Source: Mytilus californianus (Eukaryota). From it: a stretch of 64,000 nt of DNA. Numbering within the stretch: position 1 is the first letter of the stretch; each line of letters begins with the position of its first letter. The position numbers were made by a program, and so were the translations under genes. Location of the stretch: assembly GCF_021869535.1 (NCBI RefSeq), contig NW_026262668.1:30938001-31002000 (forward strand). Reading direction: 5' to 3'. Of this stretch, positions 1-12,894 are shown piece by piece. A model generated the notes under the pieces. That model made no database searches and was not told where the DNA came from. It was given only the letters and a program-made list of their open reading frames with translations.

Positions 1-2084
1 TACAAACTTTCAACATAAATTTAATCATAATTAGGACAGTGTATAGTTTTGTGGTTTTGTCAGTTTAGCAGATAATATAAGTAATAGGTTAACTATAATT
101 GATGTATGAAATGATTGTAACTGTGAACATGTCTGTCTGGCTTGCAGGGTTCGTATGACCTTGACCTTATTTATAGTTCATTGGTCAAAGTTAAGATTTA
201 GTGGTTTGGTCAATGTTAAGATTTAGTGGTTTGGTGTGTTTCTCAGGTTATATTAGTGATCTGAGTTCTATATTTGGTGTACGGAATGATAGTAAGGTAT
301 ACATGTCTGTTTGGCATGGTTCGTCTGACCATGAACTCATTTTCATGGATCATTGATAATGTTAAGTTTATGTCATAATTGTAGCAAATACTTTGAAATA
401 TAACAGACTTTCAACATAAATTTAATCATGCCATAAGTAAAGCAGGCGAGACATTTCAGCGTGTGTAGTCTTGTTTTCAAGAACTTTGTCAAACATTTTT
501 GTAATTTTACGAAACTTGGACAGTAGTCTAGATAGCATCTGGCGCAACATTTTGAAATACTTTTTACTTCAAATGTTCTTGAATGTATAATTATATTTTC
601 ATTACAAAATTCAAGATTTGAACATCACTAAGTCTAGGTAGACACATTTGGAGAGGTTTAATAGAATTATCCAGATGGTTGAACTTGCCAATTTTCTACA
701 TTTTCGATGGTTAAAATTGAGAATGGTTGCCTTTTGATGACTTGGATGGATGGAAGGCTGTTTACCATCAAGCGGCAAATTAAATGCATATTCAGGACGA
801 GAACATGTTAATCAGTTAATGCGATATGAAAATGAACTCTGCTTTGTACTAAACCGACACACTGAACCGGTCCTTTGACTTGCTAATGCACAAGGTAACA
901 GTCCGCAGGTACTGAAACATGTCACCTTACCAGGACACATTATTCTGACTCCGAGTTGACCAGTCTTTGCTCCAACTCCTTAATGCTGAGTGCTTAGCGG
1001 AAAAGCAGCAAATACCAATTTTAAAGTCTTTGATTTGACCTGTCGTTCGGGGATTTGATAAACTGTATCTCCTATTACATGTTTACCTTCAGTTTCTAAC
1101 AACACTTTGGCGTATTTCAATCTGGACATGTAAAAGATTGTCTAACAATACTCAATCTGTAGTTTTTTTCTTATTTGTGTACGTGTTTTTTGAAAAAAAT
1201 AAGAAAAAATATTCTTTATAAACTAAATGCTATCGGAAACAAAGCTGTTTGTATTGTGATCTCGATAAAACTTATTTCATTTTGTTTAAAGTACAGATGT
1301 TCTATAATTTGTAAGTGTGTAAAATTTTCATCGCCCTGAACATGCATGAAGTATTATGCAATCGCATCAATTAAATCTCCCATTCTTGTCTCACCTGCGA
1401 CGAAAGTCGCGGATATAGAGACATAGGGATTGCTTTTCCGGCGTCAAAAATTGTTACGTTTTCTGATTAAATTAGTTTGATAGGAACTACTTGTGATAGA
1501 TCATTGATATTTAATATAAAAGTTGCATTACTATCAGTACATATCAGTTTTGCGATTATTTCCAGTCCCTGCCCACTAGATAATGGGTCCAGCATCTGAA
1601 TTAATAAACCATGTTGCTGTCCATCAGATTGTCTTTTTCTGAATTTTATGCCGACAGGCGAGACATATCTCTGTGTCAACAGTTTATTACCAGTAATTAG
1701 TGATTCGCAATAATAAATACACGCATTTAATTTCTGAATTTACTGTATAAGAATGTTTTAGATCTATGCATGATTTGTATGTTTTGTCAAAAAAACTCTT
1801 CTGTGGTGAAAAAACGTTTTACCTTGCTATTCAAAAGGCTTTTTTTTTGCCTTTCTATCACTTTGTACGTTGCTTAATGAATCATTCATACAAACCGAAT
1901 TTCATCTCTTTGTAAAAGTAAAATAATATTTCGGTTATTTTTTAAAAAATCAAACCCATTTATTTTGCTTATTTAAGCAAGAGGCTTTACCAACCAGCGG
2001 AATACCAATGGGTTTAACATATTTACATTTTTTTAAATCCGATTGTGGCAGGTTTAATACGGCGTTCAGCGACGACATTATAGC

Positions 2085-2520
2085 CCATTTCAGCGCCAGA
2101 TTAATCCGATTACCTTTATTTTCCAAAGCCCATTTCAGCGCCAGATTAATCCGATCACCTGTATTTTCCAAAGCCCATTTCAGCGCAAGATTAATCCGAT
2201 CACCTGTATTTTCCAAAGCCCATTTCAGCGCCAGATTAATCCGATCACCTGTATTTTCCAAAGCCCATTTCAGCGCCAGATTAATCCGATCACCTGTATT
2301 TTCCAAAGCCCATTTCAACGCCAGATTAATCCGATCACCTGTATTTTCCAAAGCCCATTTCAGCGCCAGATTAATCCGATCACCTTTCTGATCACCTTTA
2401 TTTTCCCAAGCCCATTTCAGCGCCAGATTAATCCGATCACCTTTATTTTCCAAAGCCCATTTCAGCGCCAGATTAATCCGCCGCTCACCTTTATTTTCCA
2501 AAGCCCATTTTAGCGAAAAG
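2085..2520. repeat. 45-bp minisatellite, ~9-10 copies
   Basis: Unit TTTTCCAAAGCCCATTTCAGCGCCAGATTAATCCGATCACCTGTA; explains ORFs 1950..2549 and 2008..2391. Confidence 0.95.
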
Positions 2521-2940
2521 TTTACCTCACTATACCAACCACTATACAATTTTTTTTATAGAAACTGGTACATATACCTTATGTTATGAATGTGCTGGTG
2601 ATGAATATCATTATTCATATGTATGTAATCTACTACTGTCACTGAACTTCGGAAGAAATATATTCCGAAATATTATATAACATACCCATCTATACTGAAA
2701 ATATAAAAGAAGCTGTCATTATTTCACAGTGAGTTATTGCATAATTTATCTATAATCATCAAGAAACTATCTACACTCGTCTAGAAAGATACATGTACCT
2801 TATAAGTTATGCCATCTTTAGATAGTGTACTTTTGCTATTAGTTTCCGGTCTATTCTATCATTTATTGTGTTTGATTTGTAATTTGTCCTCATGTAACAT
2901 ATATTTTGTGTCTGAATGTAAATAAAAAAATTGAATTACA

Positions 2941-3101
2941 TTTACACCGCGAACGTATGTATACATTTGCATTTACACCGTAATCGTATGTATACATTGG
3001 CATTTACACCGTGAACGTATGTATACATTTGCATTTACACCGTAATCGTATGTATACATTGGCATTTACACCGTGAACGTATGTATACATTTGCATTTAC
3101 A
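2941..3101. repeat. 31-bp minisatellite, 5 copies, alternating A/B variants
   Basis: TTTACACCGTGAACGTATGTATACATTTGCA alternating with TTTACACCGTAATCGTATGTATACATTGGCA. Confidence 0.9.
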
Positions 3102-4586
3102 ATTTGGTTTAAAATGGTGATAAATATTTTTGAAACAAATCAAGAGGAAAAGCCAATATATGACGGATGTATACCATTTTTAGATTGAAAGGTTAGGAAA
3201 AAGCACGAAGGTGTTCTGTAAAAAATAATAATTTACACAAAAGTATTTTCATGAAGAAAATAGGTTTATTCTATCATTTATTAAATTATCGTTTTCATAG
3301 TACTGTTTGTTGTATATATTCCAGGCTCAGATAGGCTTTATTCAGTATTTATTTTCAATAATTTTTAAAATTGTGTTATTTTGATATTAAAATTCGTTAT
3401 TCTACTATTTATGTTGTCAATAATGGAAATATGAATTATTTATGGTTGCTTAAATGGGCATTGATGATTTTATATTTCGCTAAAATGGGCTAAAATGTTG
3501 CGCCTAAAAGAGCTATACTTTGGCGCTTAAATGTTTGACTATTTTCGCTAAAATGACCTATTAATTCGCTAAACTGTCCTCCGCGGTTTAATGCGGGTGT
3601 AGTATAATACATACATTCTTACTACCAAATTGTGTTTATTTACTTCAAGTTGCATGCCAACAGATAATTACCAGGAATTAAAGTATAAAACTACATAACA
3701 ACTTTTCAAAATTTATTAATCTGTTCCTTTACACAGATTTTCATTTTGTTTCATTCTTTTGAATGAGGGTGTGGATGGGGGTTTACAGAATAGAGAATAA
3801 TGGGCAAAAAATATAAAGGATAGAGAAAAATGGACAAAAAAAAATAAAGAATAGAGAATAATGGGCAAAAAGTATAAAGAATAGAAAAAAAACAATGACC
3901 TAAAAAATAAAGAATACGGAAATGAAGAACCTACCACTCAGACCCTCTTGTAATGGGTATCTGTTACAAAGCGTAGTTAAACACATACAGTTTTTACAAA
4001 ATTAAATATAGATCTGAGTAATACCGCTTTTTCCGTCGAATTTCACTTTAAACAAATAATTTAAATGACCTCCTTGCTTTAGACTACTAAAACTGATGAA
4101 AAACGGAAAATCACACAATTTCTAAATTTTAATCGCCTCAACCCGTTTCAACAATATCTTTACACAACTTTAAAGACTGTTAGAATATGATACTAAATTT
4201 GTCTTGTTTAGTGCTTAATTCTCTTTGTGAACTGCACAGGAAAACTAGAAATTTAAACTAAACACACGCTTATTGGTAAAAAAAGTTAGATACAGTGCCT
4301 AGAACATGTCCTATACTTAGTGTAGCGTTTGTAGAGGAAAGCATTATTGATATCCGACTGAAGACTTTGTACTACATTTATGGATAACAGTCCTAAAACC
4401 TATTTTTGCCCAGACTAAGCAGTTTATGAGCAAGTGTTTCAAATATTGATAATGGCAGACTTGTGATGGCAAAAAATCGAATGGTCAAAAACGACACAGA
4501 CATGATTTTATATACTTTATTACTAGTAACAGAAAACACCATCTTTTGTCTCATGTCTGATATCTGTCTCGTAGGATTTTTTAGAC

Positions 4587-7500
4587 TCATTCCTGTATGA
4601 GAAGTGTGGTATGTCTGCTTGAATTTTTATACAAGATGCACGTGACAGTTATAAACATGGTCAATAAAGCAATGGAAGCTGCGGACATAAGTATAATTGT
4701 TAGAATCTTAACATGCAGCTCCATTTCGGGTCGGTCAAACTGCACCGGTTCGGAGGACAAAAGCTTTATTCTTAAGGAGTGTTGTGTATTTTCTGAAGAC
4801 ATCAGTTTTCTTTGTTTAAGTCCATCATTAGTGGATTGTCCTGATTCTTCTGTTGTCCTACTACGAAGCTTTAGGGATTTTCTTCCTCTGGAAGAATCAC
4901 CATTTAATCCAAATGGTACATCAGCTTTGAAATTCCGATTTTTATCTGATCGATCTTTCTGTTCCAATTCTTTTTCAGCGTTTTTCATACCTTTCTCTAA
5001 AGTGTCATGCATTTTATCATATTCGCTGACCTTTGCCTTTTGCTGGTTGGTATTGTCGTTTAAATTGTTGAAATGGTTGGCGAAATCAGTGTCTTCATTT
5101 ATAGAAGTCATACCTGATGATTAAGATAGATAATGTTAAATTGTTTCATGTATGATAGGTCCGGATAGCAATTATTTGAAAATTTATGAATAAAGACATA
5201 AATAAATAAAGAGCTGCGTCATGAGCGCACGATACGCCCGTCGCTTTTTCAACGAACAAAGTTCCATAATTCCTCAATGTCACATCAGAAATTTATAAAA
5301 AAAAACTTAAGGGAGCTTAATTCAACAGATATAAACCAGTAACCAAAGTTTCACGAAAACTGCTCAGTGCTATGAGCATTTTTGAGTTATTGTCAAAAAA
5401 CTGGAAAAATCCCCCCTTTCTTTATGAATTAAATCCCATAACTCGGAAATGTAAAATTTTTATAAAAATTAAAAGGGAGCTTACGTCAATATATATAAAC
5501 AATTCACAAAAGTTTCATGAAAATTGGTTAAAGCATTTTTGAGTTATTATCCGACATGTTGACGACGTACGGATGGACAACGGTGTACCATAATACGTCC
5601 CGTAAACGGGCGTATAAAAATAAAACTCAAACTTCAAATTTTAACCACTGAAGATATTTAAAACAAACATTCGTATTTTAAAAGCCGTTTCCTTTAATTT
5701 GATTTAATTTTGACCATTAAGAATCACAACCGTCAAAACACCTTTTTTCAACAGTTAATACCTGCTTTTATCCGTGTAACAGAATATCTAACACGTGGTT
5801 TTCCTGTTTCCGAATGTTGCATCCCCTTGTCATGAGATACAAAAGAAGTATCTCGACGACGGCGACGACCACTACCGGTCGGAAAATGACTATAAATACA
5901 GGAACTCTGAAATAAAACATTCTGAATTTTATTTTCTATGAATGGATGGATGGACAGTTTCCTCGTCTGACAGTTGTTACATTTGTACCCCCCATTTTTC
6001 CAGTCTGATTAAATTAGCTTGTGTAACCGACAAACAGTTCTAACGGAGCGAAATGAAAGATCTGGTTTAACTAGATCAAACTTTTTAAAACTCGATTGTC
6101 ATATTGTATGAACAGTAGTCCTGTCTATTTGTTAGAGGTCGTTCGTTGACCTTCGGATGTCTGTTAGGTTTTCTGTATTGTTGGGTTGCTCTCTCATTTA
6201 TGTACATTCCGCCCATCCATTATTCATTTTACTATTGACACAAATTTTACAAGTCGATTAGCAAAACCTTAATGTATTTAAAAATATTGTATTAACGTTC
6301 AAATTTTCAGGAAATATTCATTTCATTCAGTTTGACTCCAGATAACACAAGAAAGAAGATTGATTGATAATGATTTGCTTAATGTCCAGTGGGAAATTTT
6401 TCATGCATGTACGGACGAAACACTAGAAAGAAGTGTATCTTCTACTTCGACTTTTATTGGTTAAGTATCTTTCTTAGCCTTTTCAAATATGTTTGGGATC
6501 TAAGAACTTTAGACATACTAAAACACTCAATGATTTTAGTGCTACATGGTACTTATTTTATGCATTGCATTGATGAACATTCCAGGGCGTATGGTTTGAT
6601 CATGTATTGTTTGCCCAACTACCAGAAAACTTCCGATTCCTACATATTGTTTTATTGGTACATAGCAATAATGATTTTGAAATTGATTTCAAACGCAATA
6701 AATGGTATTAATAAGTGGTGTGGTGTTTATTCAATGAGAAAGCATTCCACCGACACAATACAATAAAAAGTTATCTGCAAATACTCTACAACAAACAAAG
6801 AAAACAACCAGACAGACAAAGAGCGTATTGGGCCATACCAAGAAGAACAATAAATATACATCTCTGGTTAGGCCAAACCAAAACAATGTTACAAACACTA
6901 TTTTTAAAGCAATAGATATAAATAAACATACCCCATCACAATTTTCATGGCACACATAAAAATGGCACTCGTGTGTCACTGTTGGGCTCCCATATAATTC
7001 AAATGCTTTAAAATAGGGACTTTCCGCTGTAAGACCATTAGAGGTAAATCCTTCATTTTTCTCAATAATGAACCCCTCTCCACACCTGTAAAATATATGT
7101 TTTTGACAAAAGAGATTTTTGCTGGATCTTCATTTTTTTATTCTTTAATCTTAAGGCCATGTTTCTCTATTCCTTATTTCTACCCATTATTCTCTGTTCT
7201 TTGCATTTTAGCACCCAATTATTCTCTTTTAATTATTTTTTTGGCCTATTTCTTTTCTCTATTTTTTTTCCACATTATTATCTATTCTGTGAACCCCATA
7301 AAGTTCTCACATAAGGGTAATACAAAATCTCTGAACTATTAAATGGAATGTTTGTCCTCCGTGAGTGAAGCAACATAAACGTGTGCAGATCACTACTGCC
7401 TTCGATCATTTTAGTCATTTGACAAAAGTTTTTAAGGTGCACTCTACTAATACGTATTAGAGATAGTTATTCGACCGAGTTCAGTGTTTTACTCCGGAAA

Positions 7501-10500
7501 CTCCGGTCAACTCCAAAAAATACAAACTACCCGGCATGGAATTAAAAGTGTATGTGTTGAAGTTTCTCCTCCCACGAAATAAACTAGTGTTCGAACCTAA
7601 TTTTAACCCAAAAAAAATAGTTTTCAAAAAGCTCTTAATTATGTTTAAATGATGCATGCAAAGAAACAAAACCAAAGGCAACCTTGAACTACAGAGTGAG
7701 ACATGTAACAGAGAAGAAAAAAAGTATTTCATTATATGTACCTGGAAGGCAAACACTGCGAACCTACAATTGCAACCAGTTCAAATTTTGCGTTTATATT
7801 TGTCTAGGACATTCATTGTGAAGCAATTGGACAAGTTCTATACGACAGTCATCATTTAAGGAATATATTGCCAATGGTGTATACCTACCCTTCTCTAATA
7901 AAGGCAAATGGTTTCGTTCCTTCAGAACCCTTGGCTTCACACATGAACACATGAAATCCTACCTCGGCAGCTGAACCAGCTGTGAACAAAAATTATTTTT
8001 TATAAATACCCAAAGTTATATTTTTTCATTAAAATTAATATACCCCCTCAACTTTTCAAAAGCGTTTAATTTATGACCCCTTTTTCTTCTTATATCAAGA
8101 TTGGTCAATAGTATAAAGGATACATCATTTAAAAAAGACAAGTTCATGAAAATTTTCAAGCATGCCGAGAAAGAGCACCTGTAGGAAATGTTAGTTCTGT
8201 AGTATGTCTATGTGTGCATTTCCTTTATCATAGTTTACAGATGTTTAATGGCTTTCATTTCTATATTTTTTTATGGTTAGGCCATTTTTCTCTAAACACA
8301 TTTTTTATTCCATTGTTCTCTCTTCTTTATCTTTTGGCCCGTTTTTCTCTATTCACATTTTAATTTTTGGTTCGATATTCATTTTTCTATTAACCCCATT
8401 TAGACCCGTGTGTATCCACTCTAACATTATAATCCTAAGAAGTGAGATTCAATCAGAAAATGTACCGCACTATTGACTTACCTGTCATTGTAACACGGAT
8501 TTTGATTTTCTTTCCGAGTGGTATTTTACCAGTAATGATTTGTTCTCTATTATCTAGAATATCTACATTAAATGTCGATGATTCATTGCCATGTGTATGG
8601 TTGAGGACACGATGAATATGTTTATACGTCTCATATGGAGCAACAATGCTACAAAAAAGTTTATGTATGTACAGCTGAACAGTGAGAGTAAGGGAGCAAC
8701 CATTTAACTTCAAAGGGGGGGGGGGGGGGGTTATGGTATTTTGTCTGAGTCAGAACATTTTTTTTTTGTTTTTCGACGCTATCAAATTATTTTTTTTTCA
8801 AAATTTAACACTATTATGGGGTAAATCTGGATTCAGAATATTTTTTTTGTCATCTGCTTGACCACAATATTTGTTTTCATCAAATTGGACCCCCCCCCCC
8901 CTTTTCCCTTTGAAGCTAAATGGTCGTTCCCTAAGTTTGATATAAAAATGATCAGATGTGGAAGGATCACGAATGCTGATGATGACGGATTGGTGTTTAA
9001 CGTCTAGTGCCAAATATTACATGTATATTAGGACACAAACATATTGATATAGGAGGGGCCTGATGGGGGGGGGGGTCTCATCACGATTCACGAGTTGATT
9101 TTTTTTGTCAATCACGATTCACAGAAAATAAATTTCCATGATCACGGATCACGAAAATATAAAAAAAAAAAATCTGTAGAAAAACGGATCACGATAGCGA
9201 AAATGCACCGATCACGAAGAACGAAAATAACCCATCAGGCCCCTCAAATAGGAATATGAAGTCTGCGTTATATTAGATGGACACACTGAGCTGGGTTTTC
9301 AATGTATTTGATTACAATGTAATATTCCAAAGGTAGACCCTACCCGGACACATTATTCGGAATCCAAGCCAACCAGTCTTTGCTATTATTAACTGCCGCG
9401 TACATAGCGGTGAATTAATCAGCAAATACAAAGTCTTTGGTTTGACTTGGTCCGGTATCGAAGCCATTCGAGGACAGCATGCTTCCCACGAGACAGATAT
9501 ATGTGGTAATAAACAGATTGGTGGGAGTTTTGACGAGCCAAGATTTACCATAAATGTTAATGACGATAAAAGGTTAATATGAATATGTATCCTGGTTCAT
9601 ATTAGACCGTCAGGGTGCTAGCTATTTTATGGTTTACTCTAGTCGTTGATAGCACACTAGCCAAACATGCACCACTTAAGTGAATGTATTTTTATGTGTA
9701 AACCGTTGAGGAAGATGTTAAAAGACTTAAAACAGGTATACTTTTACGACTTGATACATACGGAACATCAACTTCATTTGCTCGAGTTTGATTGGTTCCA
9801 TACTCTCCATATGAACACGTGACGATGTAAGCATCTTTATACTGGAACACACCATTTTGTACGAAATAAATTTCTAAAGCCACCTGATAGAATTGTGAAT
9901 TGTTATTGCTCTGAAAAAAATACGCAATTTACTGTCAGTTAAATAAAATTTTGAATGCAGAATTCTGAAAGCTAGAAAAAAGAAACAAATATAATTATAC
10001 TAAAGTCGTGACCTTGCCTAGAACTTTGCTACAAAACAGAAAATCTAGAAATAGTAAATAGGTTTTTAATTGCTCTTTATGCTCCAATAAGGTTAAATAT
10101 ACAATTTTCTAAATTAATTCGAACAAAGAGTTAAGGCTATTCACCCATGTCCGTATCTATTTCATAGACGAGGTCACTTTCAAACCTTCATTTGATCTGA
10201 ACCAAATTGTAAGTATTATAGCTTAACTTTTAACGGGATTTATACCTTCCCTAACTTATAACCAAACACTCAATAAGATTTTTAAAAATTGTTTTTTAGA
10301 TCGTTCTCTGACAGGGACTAGGTTTGATAAAAACTTTTTTTACCACAACCTACGGTCAAAAAGTTTGAACACCGAATCTGTGTTTATATTCTGTACAAAA
10401 AAAACCTATTCGAATGTATACCATTTAAATAAGCGTTGATTTAATGAAAAAACAATGTTTTCAGCACAAATATCTTATTAATGAAATAATAATTATGTAT

Positions 10501-12540
10501 CAATTAATTACCAATGCTCTATGAAAAACCCTTTTTTATGTTTTCAAAGAAAACTAATAAACAATTCCAACAAACTCTTTCTTTTGTATATATTCATCTA
10601 GAATAACAGATGTAATGTGCATTAAAATGAACAAGAAATTACATTTTATACATACAAAGTTCCGCTTCTTCGACGGTATACATATAGAATTCCGTTCAAG
10701 CCAGTGCTAGGGACCGTCTTAATTTTAAACTTGCAGTGGGGTGAGTTGTTTTTTTTTTTGCTCGATGTTGAAAGCCTCACTATGACTTTGAGATGAAGAA
10801 CAGCAATAAATGCGGTGTGACTTTGCTTTTTTTGTATGTGTTTTTTTTTGTGTGCATGTACCGATTTTGTGTCATGGATGGATACCACATATCCTTTGTT
10901 TTTCTATTAAATGATTTATAAACAAGTGCGAGGTAATCAGCCGATAATGTTCCTTGTTCCTGGATAGGATTATTGAACAAGTGAAGGTTTGACGTATGAA
11001 CTAGAATGGACTGGATAGTATTGAACACGTGAAGGTTTGACGTATGAACAAAAATGAACTGGATAGTATTGAGCAAGTGAATGTTTGACGTATAAACAAG
11101 AATAAACTGGATAGGAGTATTGAACAAGTGAAGGTTTGACGTATAAACAAGAATGGACTGGATAGTATTGAACAAGTGAAGGTTTGACGTATGAACAAGA
11201 ATAAACTGGATGGTATTGAACAAGTGAATGTTTGACGTATGAACAAGAATAAACTGGATAGGAGTATTGAACAAGTGAAGGATTGACGTTCCAATATACA
11301 TACATGAAATACACAGTTGTCAGCAGATGTGTTCCCGGAGTAGTAAACATGAGCTACGTAATTAACTTGATCTTCATCCTGTTCCACTTCAAACGTACGT
11401 CCACTTTCGCAGTGTATTAACACAGTAACGTCCATATCGGCTGTTACAGTGACATTAGCCGGATGCAGGGCGTCATGAGAACAATGTGGGTCGACTAGAA
11501 TACAATAATTAAAACAATACTCATATCTTAATAATATATCAATATTTAGTTGGTAGATATTTGGAAGATGCACACATGACATAATCACATGGTCTTTTTG
11601 GGTTGATCTATACAATGCCCTTAAACTTCCTACTTGAATTGGCCTTTTAACTTTTTTGATTCGAGCGTCACTGATGGGTCACGAACTATAGGAACTGTGA
11701 AAGGAAATATAGCATATAACTGTCATAACCAAAAACTTAGTTAAGAGACTAAACTAAAACATAGTTAGATCTATTCGGATCTGCTCGGTTAGACTGATAC
11801 GGGATACCATTTATTCAAAAACTCTTTTATAAATTACATTGTTTCAGGTAGAAACCCATATATATCCGTATGAAACCAATAGTTTACATATGTATTCTAC
11901 AACGCATGTTGTTGGGAATAAAAATGAGAATTTCTAAATTAAGCTAACCAGTGCAAATTGTATCAAGGTGTACCAACGTTAGGGAGCTGCCATTTGATTT
12001 TTATGGGGGGGGGGGGGGGCTAGGATGAAAACTTAGTCCTGCATTATTTTAGTTGTAATCTCTGTCCTGCCTTTTTATTTTTCACTCTATTCGGTCCTGC
12101 CTTTTTTTTTTTTAGTTTAACCTTACTTTTTTTTACATAAATTGTCATCCTGCCTTTTTTTTTGCAAAATGTCTCGTCCTGCCCTTTTTTTTTTTATTCA
12201 AAACTCCTGTCCTGCCTATTTTTTTCAAATTTCATCCCATGCTTTCCTGGTTTAAATCTCCAGTCAAATACAAGCAGGCGAACAATAGCATATTTTAGCG
12301 ACGTTGTTAGCCAATCAAATTTAAGCAGTCAGTCACCAAACTTTCCCAAAACTAATCAAAACGGTTGTTCTGAAACTGTAAACCTTAAAAAATAAACGAA
12401 ATCGTTTCTAAATTGCTTTAGATATTTTGTTATACTCCATTTGTATGAGTAACTTTTTACATTATATATGATTACTTACCTGCAACTATATTATCATTGG
12501 CTGAAGGGAAGTTGCCATTTATAGTTTTAGTGTAGTCGGC
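4587..12540 (-). CDS. Vitelline envelope zona pellucida (ZP) domain protein, VEZP/VERL-like; 5'-partial (signal-peptide exon not located)
   Basis: Eight phase-consistent GT-AG exons: 12480-12540 (ADYTKTINGNFPSANDNIVA), 11304-11494 (VDPHCSHDALHP...IHCESG...NCVFH), 9762-9883 (VALEIYF...YIVTCSYG...VDV), 8482-8648 (PIVAPYE...KIRVTMT), 7889-7979 (AGSAAEVGFHVFMCEA...FIRE), 6932-7085 (GCGEGF...SPYFKAF...ECHFYVCHENCDG), 5762-5906 (SSC...SGRRRRRDTS...), 4587-5113 (hydrophilic spacer + TM ILTIILMSAASIALLTMFITVTCIL). Four Cys in ZP-N, six in ZP-C, furin site and C-terminal TM helix match ZP-module architecture; motif spacing resembles molluscan VEZPs (recalled, not searched). Confidence 0.88.
5205..5620 (+). 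mobile_element. Helentron/HINE-like non-autonomous element in the last intron of the ZP gene
   Basis: Subterminal TACGCCCGT and terminal hairpin TACGTCCCGTAAACGGGCGTA followed by an A-run. Confidence 0.5.
8692..8931. mobile_element. PIF/Harbinger-type MITE
   Basis: TIRs GGGAGCAACCATTTAACTTCAAAGGG / CCCTTTGAAGCTAAATGGTCGTTCCC; TAA duplicated on both sides (8689-8691, 8932-8934). Confidence 0.85.
9053..9245. mobile_element. MITE (GAGGGGCCTGATGGG TIR)
   Basis: GAGGGGCCTGATGGG ... CCCATCAGGCCCCTC with internal CACGA repeats; a related element with TTAA flanks at about 46770-46985. Confidence 0.7.
10687..10909 (+). repeat. Dispersed ~210-bp repeat, second copy at 18578-18782
   Basis: GAATTCCG(T/C)TCAAG...GTGCTAGGG(A/G)CCGTCTTAA...CATATCCTTTGTTTTTCTATTA present in both places in direct orientation. 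Confidence 0.75.
10960..11290. repeat. 48/51-bp minisatellite with 147-bp higher-order structure
   Basis: Minus-strand unit CGTCAAACCTTCACTTGTTCAATAC(TC)CTATCCAGTTTATTCTTGTTCATA; unit lengths 51-48-48-51-48-48-(51). Confidence 0.9.
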
Positions 12541-12574
12541 CTGTAAATGCAAAAACAAAAAGTAGATATTTCAC

Positions 12575-12762
12575 ACGGGTACATTTCCAATGCATGGTAA
12601 TTTTTTATACTGGTACATTTCCAATGCATAGTAATTTTTCATACTGGTGCACTGCATTTCCAATGCATGGTATTTTTTAATACGGGTACATTTCCAATGT
12701 ATGGTAATTTTTCATACGGGTACATTTCCAATGCATGGTAATGTTTCATACTGGTACATTTC
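12575..12762. repeat. 34-bp minisatellite, ~5.5 copies
   Basis: Unit TACATTTCCAATGCATGGTAATTTTTCATACTGG. Confidence 0.9.
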
Positions 12763-12894
12763 AACAAACTCTATATTAGAATGATTTTAGCGGAAACACA
12801 GAATGAGAGTTGTCTGATACATTATCACATATAACTATACAAGGTTTACCGATATCAATGATTGTACTTTTATTCTTTTGTTTGATTGAATATA

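Noticed and set aside
1950-2549. 199-aa and 127-aa repeat ORFs (INLALKWALENTGDR)n
   Set aside because: Open frames are a by-product of a 45-bp stop-free minisatellite; no splice or start context. Not a CRISPR array either, since there are no unique spacers.
4393-4590. 65-aa ORF directly after the ZP stop codon, suggesting a frameshifted longer tail
   Set aside because: The annotated frame already gives TM plus a short cytoplasmic tail, normal for ZP proteins; there is no homology evidence for an extension.
4597-5124. 175-aa plus-strand ORF
   Set aside because: Antisense shadow of the ZP gene's last exon.
10780-11350. ORFs of 173 and 126 aa and the repetitive tail of the 204-aa ORF
   Set aside because: Translations of the 48/51-bp intronic minisatellite; only 11304-11494 is a real exon.
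11650-11690. Hammerhead-ribozyme-like GATTCGAGCGTCACTGATG (also CTGATGAGTC near 31735)
   Set aside because: The CUGAUGA core is mutated or lacks stem II and the GAAA partner, so no complete ribozyme fold can be drawn.
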